Assembly: GCA_036559405.1 (NCBI GenBank)
Contig: DATBTF010000092.1
Coordinates: forward strand, 1-59,552
DNA: 59,552 nt
From: Bdellovibrionota bacterium
Lineage (GTDB): Bacteria > Bdellovibrionota > UBA1018 > CAIPTA01
Direction of reading: 5' to 3'
The notes beneath the pieces were generated by a model. It was given only the letters and a program-made list of their open reading frames with translations. It did no database searches and had not been told where the DNA came from. Both the position numbers and the translations under genes were made by a program. Below, in pieces: positions 1 through 7,839 of the stretch; within the stretch, counting starts at the first letter, position 1; each line of letters starts with the position of its first letter.

Positions 1-396
1 CCGAACATCATCTCCGTGGCCGCCACGAACATTCACAACGACGTGATCCCGGTCTCGAACTTCGGTGCCGCCCGCGTGCACGTGGCCGCGCCCGGTGAAA
101 ACATCTTTTCGACCTTGCCTAAAGGCCGCTACGGCTACAACACGGGCACCAGCCAGGCCACGGCCTTCGTGACGGGCGTGGCGGCTCTCCTTCTGAGCGA
201 AAACTCGGAGCTGACGTACACCGACATCAAAAAGATCATCATGAACTCGACGGACAAGTACAGCCGCCTGAAAGGCAAAGTAGCCTCCTCCGGCCGATTG
301 AACGCCTTCAAGGCAGTAACCATGGGCCTTGAGACGAAGAAAGATGTCGTATCCGGCGAAGTTCAGCCGAACCGCTCAGTGGCCGGGGCTCGGTAG
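1..396 (+). CDS. Subtilisin-family (S8) serine peptidase, C-terminal fragment (5' end outside window)
   Basis: Frame 1 is open from base 1. Translation ..ISVAATN..NFGAARVHVAAPG..GTSQATAFVTGVAALLLS carries the catalytic-Ser block of subtilases. Stop at 394-396. Confidence 0.8.
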   Translation, partial: PNIISVAATNIHNDVIPVSNFGAARVHVAAPGENIFSTLPKGRYGYNTGTSQATAFVTGVAALLLSENSELTYTDIKKIIMNSTDKYSRLKGKVASSGRLNAFKAVTMGLETKKDVVSGEVQPNRSVAGAR

Positions 397-401
397 CCGG
401 T

Positions 402-2189
402 TCAAGAGGCAGCTTCCACAGCCAGGCGCGGCAGTGTGAAATAGAAGCTGGTGCCTTGTTTCTGCTCACTCCTGGCCCAGATCCTTCCGCCATGGGCCTC
501 GACGATTCCTTTGACAATCGAAAGTCCTAATCCGGTTCCCATGAAGGCCTTGTCTTTTGCCTGCCAGAAGCGGTCGAAGATGTGCGGCAGCTCATCCGCG
601 GAAATACCGGGGCCGTTGTCCGTGACGATAAAGCTCACCTTCTCCCCTTCGTCACTCACGCTCACGTCAACGACTCCCCCCTCGTGAGTGAATTTGAGGG
701 CATTTCCCACCACATTGGAAACTACCTGCATGATCCTTTGCCGGTCACATGGGAGCACGAGATTCCCCGGAGAAAAATGACGCCTGATGCGGATATTCTT
801 CTCCAGGGCCAGGGGTTCGAGACTCATAAGCACTTCCGAGACGATCTGGCCTGTATCCCACTCTCCCATCTCGATGGAAAGGCGGCCCGATTCGATTTTC
901 GTCACGTCGAGGAGATCGGATGTAAGCCTGGTCATGCGCAGGATGGAAGACTGCATGCTGCCTAGTTGCCTTTCCAGAACCTTCGCTTCCTGGTTTCCGT
1001 CCCGGGTTCTCTTGATCAGTTCGAGTCCCGTAGCCATCGCGGTAAGAGGATTCTTCAGCTCGTGGCTCACAACGGCCACAAGCTCGTCTCTGGCGCGTAC
1101 CGCTTGGATCCTTTGGTCTTCGATCTTTTTTCTCTCCGTGATATCCCGCAGAAATCCCGTGAACAAAGGATCATCTCCACCACGCGTGCGCGTGATCGTC
1201 AGCTCCACCGGGAATTCCTCCCATCCTCGGCGGATCCCCTTCAGCTCCAGCCGCTTGTCCAGAATGGGACCTTCGCCGGTGGCCAGGTACGTGCGCAGAC
1301 CCTTGCGATGGGCATCCCGAAACGCCGGCGGGATTATGATCTCGACCAGCTCTTTTCCCAACACCTCTTCACGGGAGTAGCCGAAGACCGCCTCTGCAGC
1401 AGGATTAAACTCAATGATCTTTCCGTTCCGGTCCATCGAAATCACGCAGTCCATTGCGGAGTCAATAATCTCTCCCATGAGCGCTTCGCTGCTTTTCTGC
1501 TTTTCGAGCGCATCTTCGGATTTTCTGTATAGGCCGGCGAGCGTCTTGGAAATCCCGGCCCAAAGAGCGGTTGCGACAAGAGTCAAAGAGATCATGAGCA
1601 CTGCTATCAGGAGGAGAATTCGGTTCGCGGTTTGCACAGCCGCCCGGCGCCCACCCATCCAAAGGCCTCGCTGGTGCTCCATGAAGAGATCGAGGTCTTC
1701 GCGAAGGCGAACTCGCTTGGGAATACCGAGCGATGCGAACTGGTCCAGCACAAGCAACGTCGTTCCCCCAATTCGTTTTAACTCCAAGATGGGTTTCGCC
1801 ACGTTTTCAAAGGCTTCGTTCCTGCGCGTGATCGCAATAAGCAGCCCCTGGCTGGCCAAGTCGGTCGCCTGTACCTGGAGCTTTTTCAGCGTACTTTCGA
1901 ATTCCTCCCGCTCTCGTTCGTAATTCTGGAAAAACTCTTCTCTTCCGGTAAGGAGAAACGCCCGGCCGTTAGCCGACCTCGCCTCGAAGAGGGCCAGTAG
2001 ATCCTTGGCATGCAGGAGATTCTCGCCTTGAATCGTGATCACACGGTTGCTGGAGTCACGGATAAGGAGCACGGCCTTCGCAGAGATGGCCGAGATGGCA
2101 AGCACGATCAGGATACTGCCGGCAAGCCACCACCAAAGCCTGCGCTTAAATATTTTTTGCCGGATCAGTGTCTTTGTACTCGCCAGCAT
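402..2189 (-). CDS. Sensor histidine kinase (TM - CHASE3-like sensor - TM - PAS - HisKA - HATPase_c)
   Basis: 595 aa, ATG at 2189. N-terminal TM then a CHASE3-like stretch (FLLTGREEFFQNYE). PAS block (DCVISMDRNGKIIEFNPAAEAVFGY). H-box VSHELKNPLTAM. N/G boxes (VGNALKFT, DNGPGI, GTGLGLSI). Confidence 0.9.
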   Translation of the reverse strand: MLASTKTLIRQKIFKRRLWWWLAGSILIVLAISAISAKAVLLIRDSSNRVITIQGENLLHAKDLLALFEARSANGRAFLLTGREEFFQNYEREREEFESTLKKLQVQATDLASQGLLIAITRRNEAFENVAKPILELKRIGGTTLLVLDQFASLGIPKRVRLREDLDLFMEHQRGLWMGGRRAAVQTANRILLLIAVLMISLTLVATALWAGISKTLAGLYRKSEDALEKQKSSEALMGEIIDSAMDCVISMDRNGKIIEFNPAAEAVFGYSREEVLGKELVEIIIPPAFRDAHRKGLRTYLATGEGPILDKRLELKGIRRGWEEFPVELTITRTRGGDDPLFTGFLRDITERKKIEDQRIQAVRARDELVAVVSHELKNPLTAMATGLELIKRTRDGNQEAKVLERQLGSMQSSILRMTRLTSDLLDVTKIESGRLSIEMGEWDTGQIVSEVLMSLEPLALEKNIRIRRHFSPGNLVLPCDRQRIMQVVSNVVGNALKFTHEGGVVDVSVSDEGEKVSFIVTDNGPGISADELPHIFDRFWQAKDKAFMGTGLGLSIVKGIVEAHGGRIWARSEQKQGTSFYFTLPRLAVEAAS

Positions 2190-2562
2190 TCAGTTCCCTT
2201 TCCTGATCGCAGTAGGGCCCGATGAATCTCAGCAGGCCTTCGAAGTCGAAAGGCTTCCTCAAGAAGCCCACCGCACCCCCCGTTAGTTCGGGCCGTTCGG
2301 AAACCCCTGAGACGATCGCCACTGGAATGGCGGCGATCAGGTCGTCGTCGCCTTTGGCCCGCAGGAACTCCGAGCCGTCCATGACGGGCATGAGCAGATC
2401 CAGCAGGATAATGCACGGACGCGGCATGGAGTGCAGAACTTTTAGACCCTCTTGGCCATTGGTGGCTATGTGAACCCGGTAACCCTCCAGCTCAAGAAGC
2501 TCTCGCAAGCTCTCCCTGATCTCGGTTTCATCCTCCACGATCAAAACGTCCTTGCACTTCAT
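2146..2562 (-). CDS. Single-domain response regulator (CheY-like receiver)
   Basis: 138 aa. VLIVEDETEIRESL..., phospho-acceptor block IILLDLLMPVMDG, conserved K (FLRKPF). Its 3' end overlaps the kinase start by 44 nt. Confidence 0.9.
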   Translation of the reverse strand: MKCKDVLIVEDETEIRESLRELLELEGYRVHIATNGQEGLKVLHSMPRPCIILLDLLMPVMDGSEFLRAKGDDDLIAAIPVAIVSGVSERPELTGGAVGFLRKPFDFEGLLRFIGPYCDQERELNAGEYKDTDPAKNI

Positions 2563-2634
2563 AGGCGCATTCTAAAACAAGGAAGCATCGCTCGGAGGAG
2601 CAGCGGCAAATTGGGCGGGCGAAGATGTTTGATC

Positions 2635-2674
2635 TAACGCAATGCGAACTCAGCGCTGAGTTCGCATTGCGTTA
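2635..2674. repeat. Perfect 40-bp palindrome TAACGCAATGCGAACTCAGC|GCTGAGTTCGCATTGCGTTA abutting the top6A stop codon
   Basis: Read directly; every position pairs around the centre 2654|2655. The arms TGCGAACTC/GAGTTCGCA recur at 19439-19470. Position fits a top6 operon terminator hairpin, but there is no T-tract. Confidence 0.9.
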
Positions 2675-3838
2675 TCACACGTACAAACCCTTCTTGATCT
2701 TCTCAAGAATGATCTTCTCCATCATCAGCTTGTCTTTGGGGTCCACGGAAAAGAGCGACTGCTGCTCGCAGCGGATCTTCTCCTTCATCAGCCAGCGGAG
2801 AATATCAGAGAGGCCTTTGTTCTTTTTATCGAGAAAGAAGGGATCGCCCTCGAGAGCATCTTTCGCCTTCTTCAGCGCGCGCGCTTCGGCCGGGTCATTT
2901 TCTTTTACTTTGTAGTAAGGCAGGTCGTATTTCTTCACGTCATCCGGCAGCACGCCGAGAAAACGCACAGAAGGAGCCGAGAAATGCTGGTTCCGGATCA
3001 GCGAGGCCGCTGAGCCCGCCTTCAAAGTACGGAAAATATTTTGCATCGTATAGGCGTCAAGATCGCCGAAGAAGTAGATTGGAATGTCGAGCTCTTCCTG
3101 GATCAGCTTACACCAGCCACGCACGCCGTTCGAAGGAACGCCTTGGGCACCGATCAGAATCGAATTATTGCGCTTGGTAAAACCGTTGCTCTGGAGAGTG
3201 TTCGCCGTGCCTTCGGATTCCACCACCAGAGCGAAATCGATCTTCTTCTTCGCCTTGAGCCTGAGCGACTGCGGCTTGTTCTTGGGCTGATAAGGCGCGG
3301 TTCCCAAGGTAGAGAGATCCACCGTCGCCTTGGTGCCGTCAGCCATGGTTTCCGTTACTACAAGCTGCTGGGAATAGGTTTGCCCGCCGCGGTCGTTGGC
3401 GAAGCAGTTGAGCTCCTCGCGATACACCTGAAGCATATCGCCGATAAAATCGATAATGGAGTCGCTCTCGTCCTGGTCTTCGAAGTCCAGAGGCTTGGTG
3501 CGCGGGTTCTTTTTGATGAGACCTTTACATATGTAATAGATCTCCCTTTTTGTGTTCACACTCTGGCTGGCCAGGTTATTGAGCAGGATCTCGAGGATGA
3601 ATACCACGCGAGCGAGCTTCTGCACCGAGCTTACGTTCAGCTCTGTTCGCACTACCTTATCGCCGGGAGTGAGATAGCCCACGCGCGGATTGTAAATAGC
3701 GTTATCGAGCGAGGCCTTCACCGCCTCGAGCACCGGCCGCTTGCTCTTCTCGAGGTCGGAAAGCATCCTGTCCGCGAGGATGCGCGCTTCTTTGGGAATA
3801 TCGATCTTAAGGTCGCGGATCGTAATCATCTTGGACAT
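2675..3838 (-). CDS. top6A: DNA topoisomerase VI subunit A (Spo11/Top6A family)
   Basis: 387 aa. KREIYY block (catalytic Tyr region of the 5Y-CAP domain). Toprim block IPIYFFGDLDAYTMQNIFRTLKAGS. Starts 9 nt after the top6B stop. Confidence 0.9.
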   Translation of the reverse strand: MSKMITIRDLKIDIPKEARILADRMLSDLEKSKRPVLEAVKASLDNAIYNPRVGYLTPGDKVVRTELNVSSVQKLARVVFILEILLNNLASQSVNTKREIYYICKGLIKKNPRTKPLDFEDQDESDSIIDFIGDMLQVYREELNCFANDRGGQTYSQQLVVTETMADGTKATVDLSTLGTAPYQPKNKPQSLRLKAKKKIDFALVVESEGTANTLQSNGFTKRNNSILIGAQGVPSNGVRGWCKLIQEELDIPIYFFGDLDAYTMQNIFRTLKAGSAASLIRNQHFSAPSVRFLGVLPDDVKKYDLPYYKVKENDPAEARALKKAKDALEGDPFFLDKKNKGLSDILRWLMKEKIRCEQQSLFSVDPKDKLMMEKIILEKIKKGLYV

Positions 3839-3847
3839 AATGTGTTC

Positions 3848-5650
3848 CTATTTCGACTTCGACGAAGATTTTTTGCCCGAGCTTTTCGCCTTTTTCTTGG
3901 CGGCCACTACCCCTGCTTTCGCGCCTGGAAAGAGTTCGGCCTGCTCCCCTGGCTTGAGCTTGGGAGCCTCGGGAGCCGGTGCCTCTTCTGCGGCGGCGGG
4001 CGGAGCATCGGGATCCTCGCCTCTTTTCTTGGCTTCGCGGGCGCGCAGGTCTTTGAGCTTGGCATCGGCCTCGGCCAGCTCCTCGTGGGCGTCTTTGGAG
4101 TCGCGTCCGAGCAGCTTCATCAGCCCTTCCTCGGCCTTTTTCTTTCGGGCCTCGGAGCTCTTCGTGATGTTCACAAGGCTTTCCACCAGGATCGGGCCGA
4201 ACTGCTCGATATGTGCTAATTTTCTTTCAAGATCAGCCTCTTTCGTCTCTTTTCTGATGTGGCGGCTGAGCTTCTGGCCGGCCTGAATCAGGGCCCGGCG
4301 GATCTCCTCCACCAGCTCTTCCGACGCGTCCACGGTCTCTTTCGAGGCGTTCTTAAATTTAATGAACGGAGACACCACCGAAACGGCGAATACATAGGGC
4401 CCGATCGGCAGGCTCTCTTTGGGCTGCCCCAGGCCATAGGTTTTCCAGTTCACGCTCTCGATCGCCCAGGTGATAGCGCAGCCCGATTTATCGAACTGCA
4501 GCGGTACACGGTTGGCGAATCGCAAAAGCTGTATGGGGGCATCCGCTTCCAAATTCCTATTTTTAAACCGCGCAAGTGCCACTTCCACGGCCACAGGCTT
4601 GAAGTCGCAGATCGCGGGCTTGCGGGTGACCACGGAGAAAAAGTCGATCTCACCGAGCCGACCGATGGATTTGCTCATCGCCTCTTCGCCCACGTTGAGC
4701 ACGCTCTTGGTGGAAGGCGCCATCAGCTCGATGTCCTGCATGGCGGAAAATACTTTTTTGAACTCATCCTCTTTCAAGGAGGTGAGCGACTTATCCAGCA
4801 GGCCTTTGGTGATGCCCTTGCCTTTGAGATCCTTGATGGCCTGGTCGGAAACCCGGGAAAATCCCGTGCGCAAAAACTTCTCGAACGAAACTTTCCCGAA
4901 CAAATGCGCATGCGTGATGAATTCACCCAGTTTAAAGGTGTGAGGATGCGGCAACGTGGCCTCGGGAACGCGCGGAACTTCCTGGCTCACCCGCTCCACA
5001 TGCACCCAGTCGTTGTCGAGCAGCTTATAATGCAGGGTCATGTGCGGGTTCACCAGCACCGTGCCCTCGAGATAGGTGATCAAGCCGCCGTCGCCGTTCA
5101 GCTGGATACGTCCGTCGAGGCTGAACTCGCAGCGCACGCCGCTTTTTTTATCGTCCCAGTCGATGGTGTCTTTTTTGCGGAGCACGCCCGTATTGGATTT
5201 GATGTCCACGTCCACCTGCGCGGTCACAGCCTTGCGCATATTCGCCTTTTTGGTGGTGACGAAGGCGCCCTTAGCGTTCGTGAGCTGGGCCCAGGTAGTG
5301 GCGGCCGAGATCCCGATCCCTTGCTGGCCACGCGAACATTGCCCTTTGCCGAACTTGGAGCTGGCCAGGTATTCGCCGAATACCTTGGCGAGGTCGTCGG
5401 GGTCGATGCCGGGACCGTTGTCTTCCACGGCGATATGGATGAGCTCGGTATTCTTGGTGGAGCCCACGCCCTTGCGTTTAATTTCTACCGTAAGCTCAGG
5501 CAGGATGCCTGCGTGCTCGCAGGCGTCGAGGGAGTTGTCCACGGCCTCTTTCAGCGTGGTGAGCACCGCCTTAAGGGGGGAAGAAAAGCCCACCTGCTGG
5601 AGGTTCTTGGCAAAGTATTCGGCTGTGCTGCTTTTTGTGATCTTGCTCAT
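3848..5650 (-). CDS. top6B: DNA topoisomerase VI subunit B (GHKL ATPase) with Lys/Ala-rich C-terminal tail
   Basis: 600 aa. Bergerat-fold motifs LKEAVDNSLDA (N-box), EDNGPGI (G1), GQQGIGIS (G2), followed by a transducer-like region. The last ~95 aa are low-complexity and end AKKKAKSSGKKSSSKSK. Confidence 0.9.
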   Translation of the reverse strand: MSKITKSSTAEYFAKNLQQVGFSSPLKAVLTTLKEAVDNSLDACEHAGILPELTVEIKRKGVGSTKNTELIHIAVEDNGPGIDPDDLAKVFGEYLASSKFGKGQCSRGQQGIGISAATTWAQLTNAKGAFVTTKKANMRKAVTAQVDVDIKSNTGVLRKKDTIDWDDKKSGVRCEFSLDGRIQLNGDGGLITYLEGTVLVNPHMTLHYKLLDNDWVHVERVSQEVPRVPEATLPHPHTFKLGEFITHAHLFGKVSFEKFLRTGFSRVSDQAIKDLKGKGITKGLLDKSLTSLKEDEFKKVFSAMQDIELMAPSTKSVLNVGEEAMSKSIGRLGEIDFFSVVTRKPAICDFKPVAVEVALARFKNRNLEADAPIQLLRFANRVPLQFDKSGCAITWAIESVNWKTYGLGQPKESLPIGPYVFAVSVVSPFIKFKNASKETVDASEELVEEIRRALIQAGQKLSRHIRKETKEADLERKLAHIEQFGPILVESLVNITKSSEARKKKAEEGLMKLLGRDSKDAHEELAEADAKLKDLRAREAKKRGEDPDAPPAAAEEAPAPEAPKLKPGEQAELFPGAKAGVVAAKKKAKSSGKKSSSKSK

Positions 5651-5897
5651 TCAACCAGCGCCTTGGAACGGGCGCTCCCCTCAACACAATAGGACCAACG
5701 CAGAAAACACAGGCCCCCCTGCGCCGCTTCCGACACATAGCGAAAAAATCCGAGCACGGGAACCTCATTAAAATATGGGGAGAAGGGAGGCGTTTTCGCA
5801 AGGGAAATTGTCAAACGAGCCCGGAAGTGGGTGAAAAGGAGGAAAACAGCGCAGAGCAGAAATAGAAAAGCCGCGTGAGCGGAGCAAAATGAATAAC

Positions 5898-5932
5898 CAA
5901 AAAAAAGAGCGCTGGGCGAAACCCAGCGCTCT
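5898..5932 (-). terminator. Rho-independent terminator downstream of 5963-6388
   Basis: Minus strand reads AGAGCGCTGGG-TTTCG-CCCAGCGCTCT followed by a T8 run (11-bp stem, 5-nt loop). Confidence 0.65.
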
Positions 5933-5962
5933 TCGAAATACCCATCATGGGCAGATCAATCG

Positions 5963-6388
5963 TTAATCTTCGTCGGTCTCCACCTTCACCGTGATGATTT
6001 GGGTCTCGCAGACCATCGCCCCGCGAACGTTGACGGCAACGTTCTGCTCGCCATCCTTCAACTTCGCCTTAATGCATTTCAGATAGGTGCGGTTATCCAG
6101 GTGCGCCGCATTCGCCATATAAGGTGAGATGCCGTAGGCGCCATAGGGCTGGTAGTACATCGGGCCATACATCGGCCCCCCCCAGTACATGGGCCGCCAG
6201 CCCACCCCGTACCAAGGCATAAAGCCCGTCGGACCCACTATGTAAGGAGTGGCAGGCGCTACGATCACCTTTTTAGTCACCACCGTACCCGTTACCACGA
6301 CCTCGTCAGAAAACGCCGTAGCCGAAGCCAGCAGAGCTGAGGCTCCGAATGCCAGGCCCACGGGCCATAGTCTTTTTGGGAATTTCAT
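5963..6388 (-). CDS. Secreted hypothetical protein (Gly/Pro/Tyr/Met-rich middle)
   Basis: Signal peptide MKFPKRLWPVGLAFGASALLASATAFS. ATG at 6388 sits after GGTGGAG; the ORF-track start at 6397 is a GTG three codons upstream. Own terminator. No family recognised. Confidence 0.6.
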   Translation of the reverse strand: MKFPKRLWPVGLAFGASALLASATAFSDEVVVTGTVVTKKVIVAPATPYIVGPTGFMPWYGVGWRPMYWGGPMYGPMYYQPYGAYGISPYMANAAHLDNRTYLKCIKAKLKDGEQNVAVNVRGAMVCETQIITVKVETDED

Positions 6389-6575
6389 ATTCTCCACCCC
6401 TATCCGTCTTCTTATTTTATCAGGGGAACAGAGCGCTTTCAGCTGTCTCTTCGCGGAGTCAGGGTGCCCTCAATTTCCCGTTGTTTTTTGGCGAAGAACT
6501 TTTGGACAGTTTCCGCCCCTGAACCCCCGGAGCTTCTATGAGAAATCTTGTTTATGCCGCGCTGGGCGTCACAGC

Positions 6576-6604
6576 TTGAGTTCTTCGTTTTAGTCTTCTA
6601 GACT
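6576..6604 (+). promoter_or_regulatory. Sigma70-like promoter candidate for the histone-fold gene (TTGAGT-17 nt-TAGACT)
   Basis: -35 TTGAGT at 6576-6581, 17-nt spacer, -10 TAGACT at 6599-6604, about 50 nt upstream of the ATG at 6658, which has GGAG 7 nt upstream. Motif match only. Confidence 0.35.
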
Positions 6605-6657
6605 AGCCGAAAGTAAAAAACAGCGCCCTTACCGGTGCACTTTCTATTGGAGAACTC

Positions 6658-6852
6658 ATGGCTAAGAAGAAAATGGAAGCTCTCGTGATCGCCAGCAAAG
6701 CAAAACAAATACTGAAAAAAGCGGGCTGCAACACCGCGGGTGACGCCTTCGACGGCCTCAATGGCGTAATCTACTGGTATCTCGAGTCGGCTGCTAAGCG
6801 CGCCAAGGCGAACGGCCGCAAAACCGTGCGCTCCCACGACTTCTGCGTCTAA
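6658..6852 (+). CDS. Bacterial histone-fold protein (singlet histone, HMf/Bd0055-like)
   Basis: 64 aa: MAKKKMEALVIASKAKQILKKAGCNTAGDAFDGLNGVIYWYLESAAKRAKANGRKTVRSHDFCV. The C-terminal AKRAKANGRKTVRSHDF matches the loop2/alpha3 signature ..AKHAGRKTIKAEDI.. of archaeal HMf-type histones. Length and helix pattern fit one histone fold. Monocistronic, with its own promoter candidate and terminator. Confidence 0.75.
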   Translation: MAKKKMEALVIASKAKQILKKAGCNTAGDAFDGLNGVIYWYLESAAKRAKANGRKTVRSHDFCV

Positions 6853-6870
6853 GCAAAGTCTCTGGAAACA

Positions 6871-6898
6871 AAAAAGCCTCCCGCCCGGGAGGCTTTTT
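6871..6898. terminator. Bidirectional rho-independent terminator between the histone gene and the J-protein gene
   Basis: AAAAAA-GCCTCCC-GCCC-GGGAGGC-TTTTT: A-run upstream and T-run downstream, between convergent genes. Confidence 0.65.
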
Positions 6899-6903
6899 GC
6901 TTT

Positions 6904-7737
6904 TCAGGAAGCCTTCTTTTCCCGAATCGACCTCACCGCATTCTCCAGTTCCGCGGAGATCACCTCCGGCAGCACGATCAGCAGCTTCACCAGCAGATCG
7001 CCCCTCGCCCCGCCCTTGGCGTGAATGCCCTTGCCGTTCACGCGCAATCGCCGGCCGCTATTGGAGTGGCGCGGGATGCGCAGCTGCACCTGCCCTTCCG
7101 GCGTGGGCACCGCGAGCTCACCCCCGAGCACGGCAGTTTCCAGCGGAACAGCCAGCTCGTGCACGAGCGTGGAGCCCTCCAAGGTGAAGCGTTCATCCGG
7201 CGCGAGAAAGAGCTCCACATACACATCTCCAGGCGCGCCTCCGCCCAGGCCCGGGCCGCCCTGTCCTTGAAAGCGCAGCTTTTGCCCCGGCGCAACGCCC
7301 CTGGGAATGCGCACATGCAGGCGTTTGCCCGAAGGAAGGCGGATCTCACGCTCGCCACCCAGAATGGATTCTCTCAGGCTCATCTCCATCTGGTACACCT
7401 CATCCACTCCGGGCATGTGGAAGCCGCCCGCACGCCCGCGCCGGCGTCCGCCGAAAAGTCCTGAGAAAAAATCCTCATCGAATTCATACTGCGGCTGGGC
7501 ACGGGGCCCGGCCCCGGCCTCGTCCATTCCCCACTCACCCTTGTCGAACTTCGCGCGGTTTTCGGGAGTGCCCACGATCTCGTAGGCCTGGTTGATATCT
7601 TTGAAGCGGTGCTCAGCCTGCTTGTTTCCCGGGTTGCGATCCGGATGGAATTTTTTCGCCAGCTTGCGGTAGGCGTTCTTGATCTCGTCCTGCGAGGCAG
7701 TACGGGAGACACCCAGCTGCTGATACGGGTCCAGCAT
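6904..7737 (-). CDS. DnaJ-class II / CbpA-like J-domain co-chaperone (no zinc finger)
   Basis: J domain DPYQQLGVSRTASQDEIKNAYRKLAKKFHPDRNPG (HPD). Gly/Phe/Arg linker. DnaJ C-terminal beta domains (GAPGDVYVEL, LRVNGKGI). No CxxCxGxG repeats. ATG at 7737 is preferred to the ORF-track start at 7857, which would overlap ftsH. Confidence 0.85.
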   Translation of the reverse strand: MLDPYQQLGVSRTASQDEIKNAYRKLAKKFHPDRNPGNKQAEHRFKDINQAYEIVGTPENRAKFDKGEWGMDEAGAGPRAQPQYEFDEDFFSGLFGGRRRGRAGGFHMPGVDEVYQMEMSLRESILGGEREIRLPSGKRLHVRIPRGVAPGQKLRFQGQGGPGLGGGAPGDVYVELFLAPDERFTLEGSTLVHELAVPLETAVLGGELAVPTPEGQVQLRIPRHSNSGRRLRVNGKGIHAKGGARGDLLVKLLIVLPEVISAELENAVRSIREKKAS

Positions 7738-7839
7738 GAAGGGAACGGAGCAAAGCCGGTGCCATAGTGCTGCGCCAATCTGTCCCAGCAAAAGGCGCTT
7801 TATGGTACGGAACCTGCTCCTCAATGCCCTGGAGGAAAA

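Noticed and set aside
3041-5692. Long plus-strand ORFs (3041-4219, 392 aa; 4259-5692, 477 aa) opposite top6A/top6B
   Set aside because: They are antisense shadow ORFs, typical of high-GC DNA. The translations are Arg/Gly/Ala/His-rich with no motifs, while the minus-strand products carry clear Topo VI motifs.
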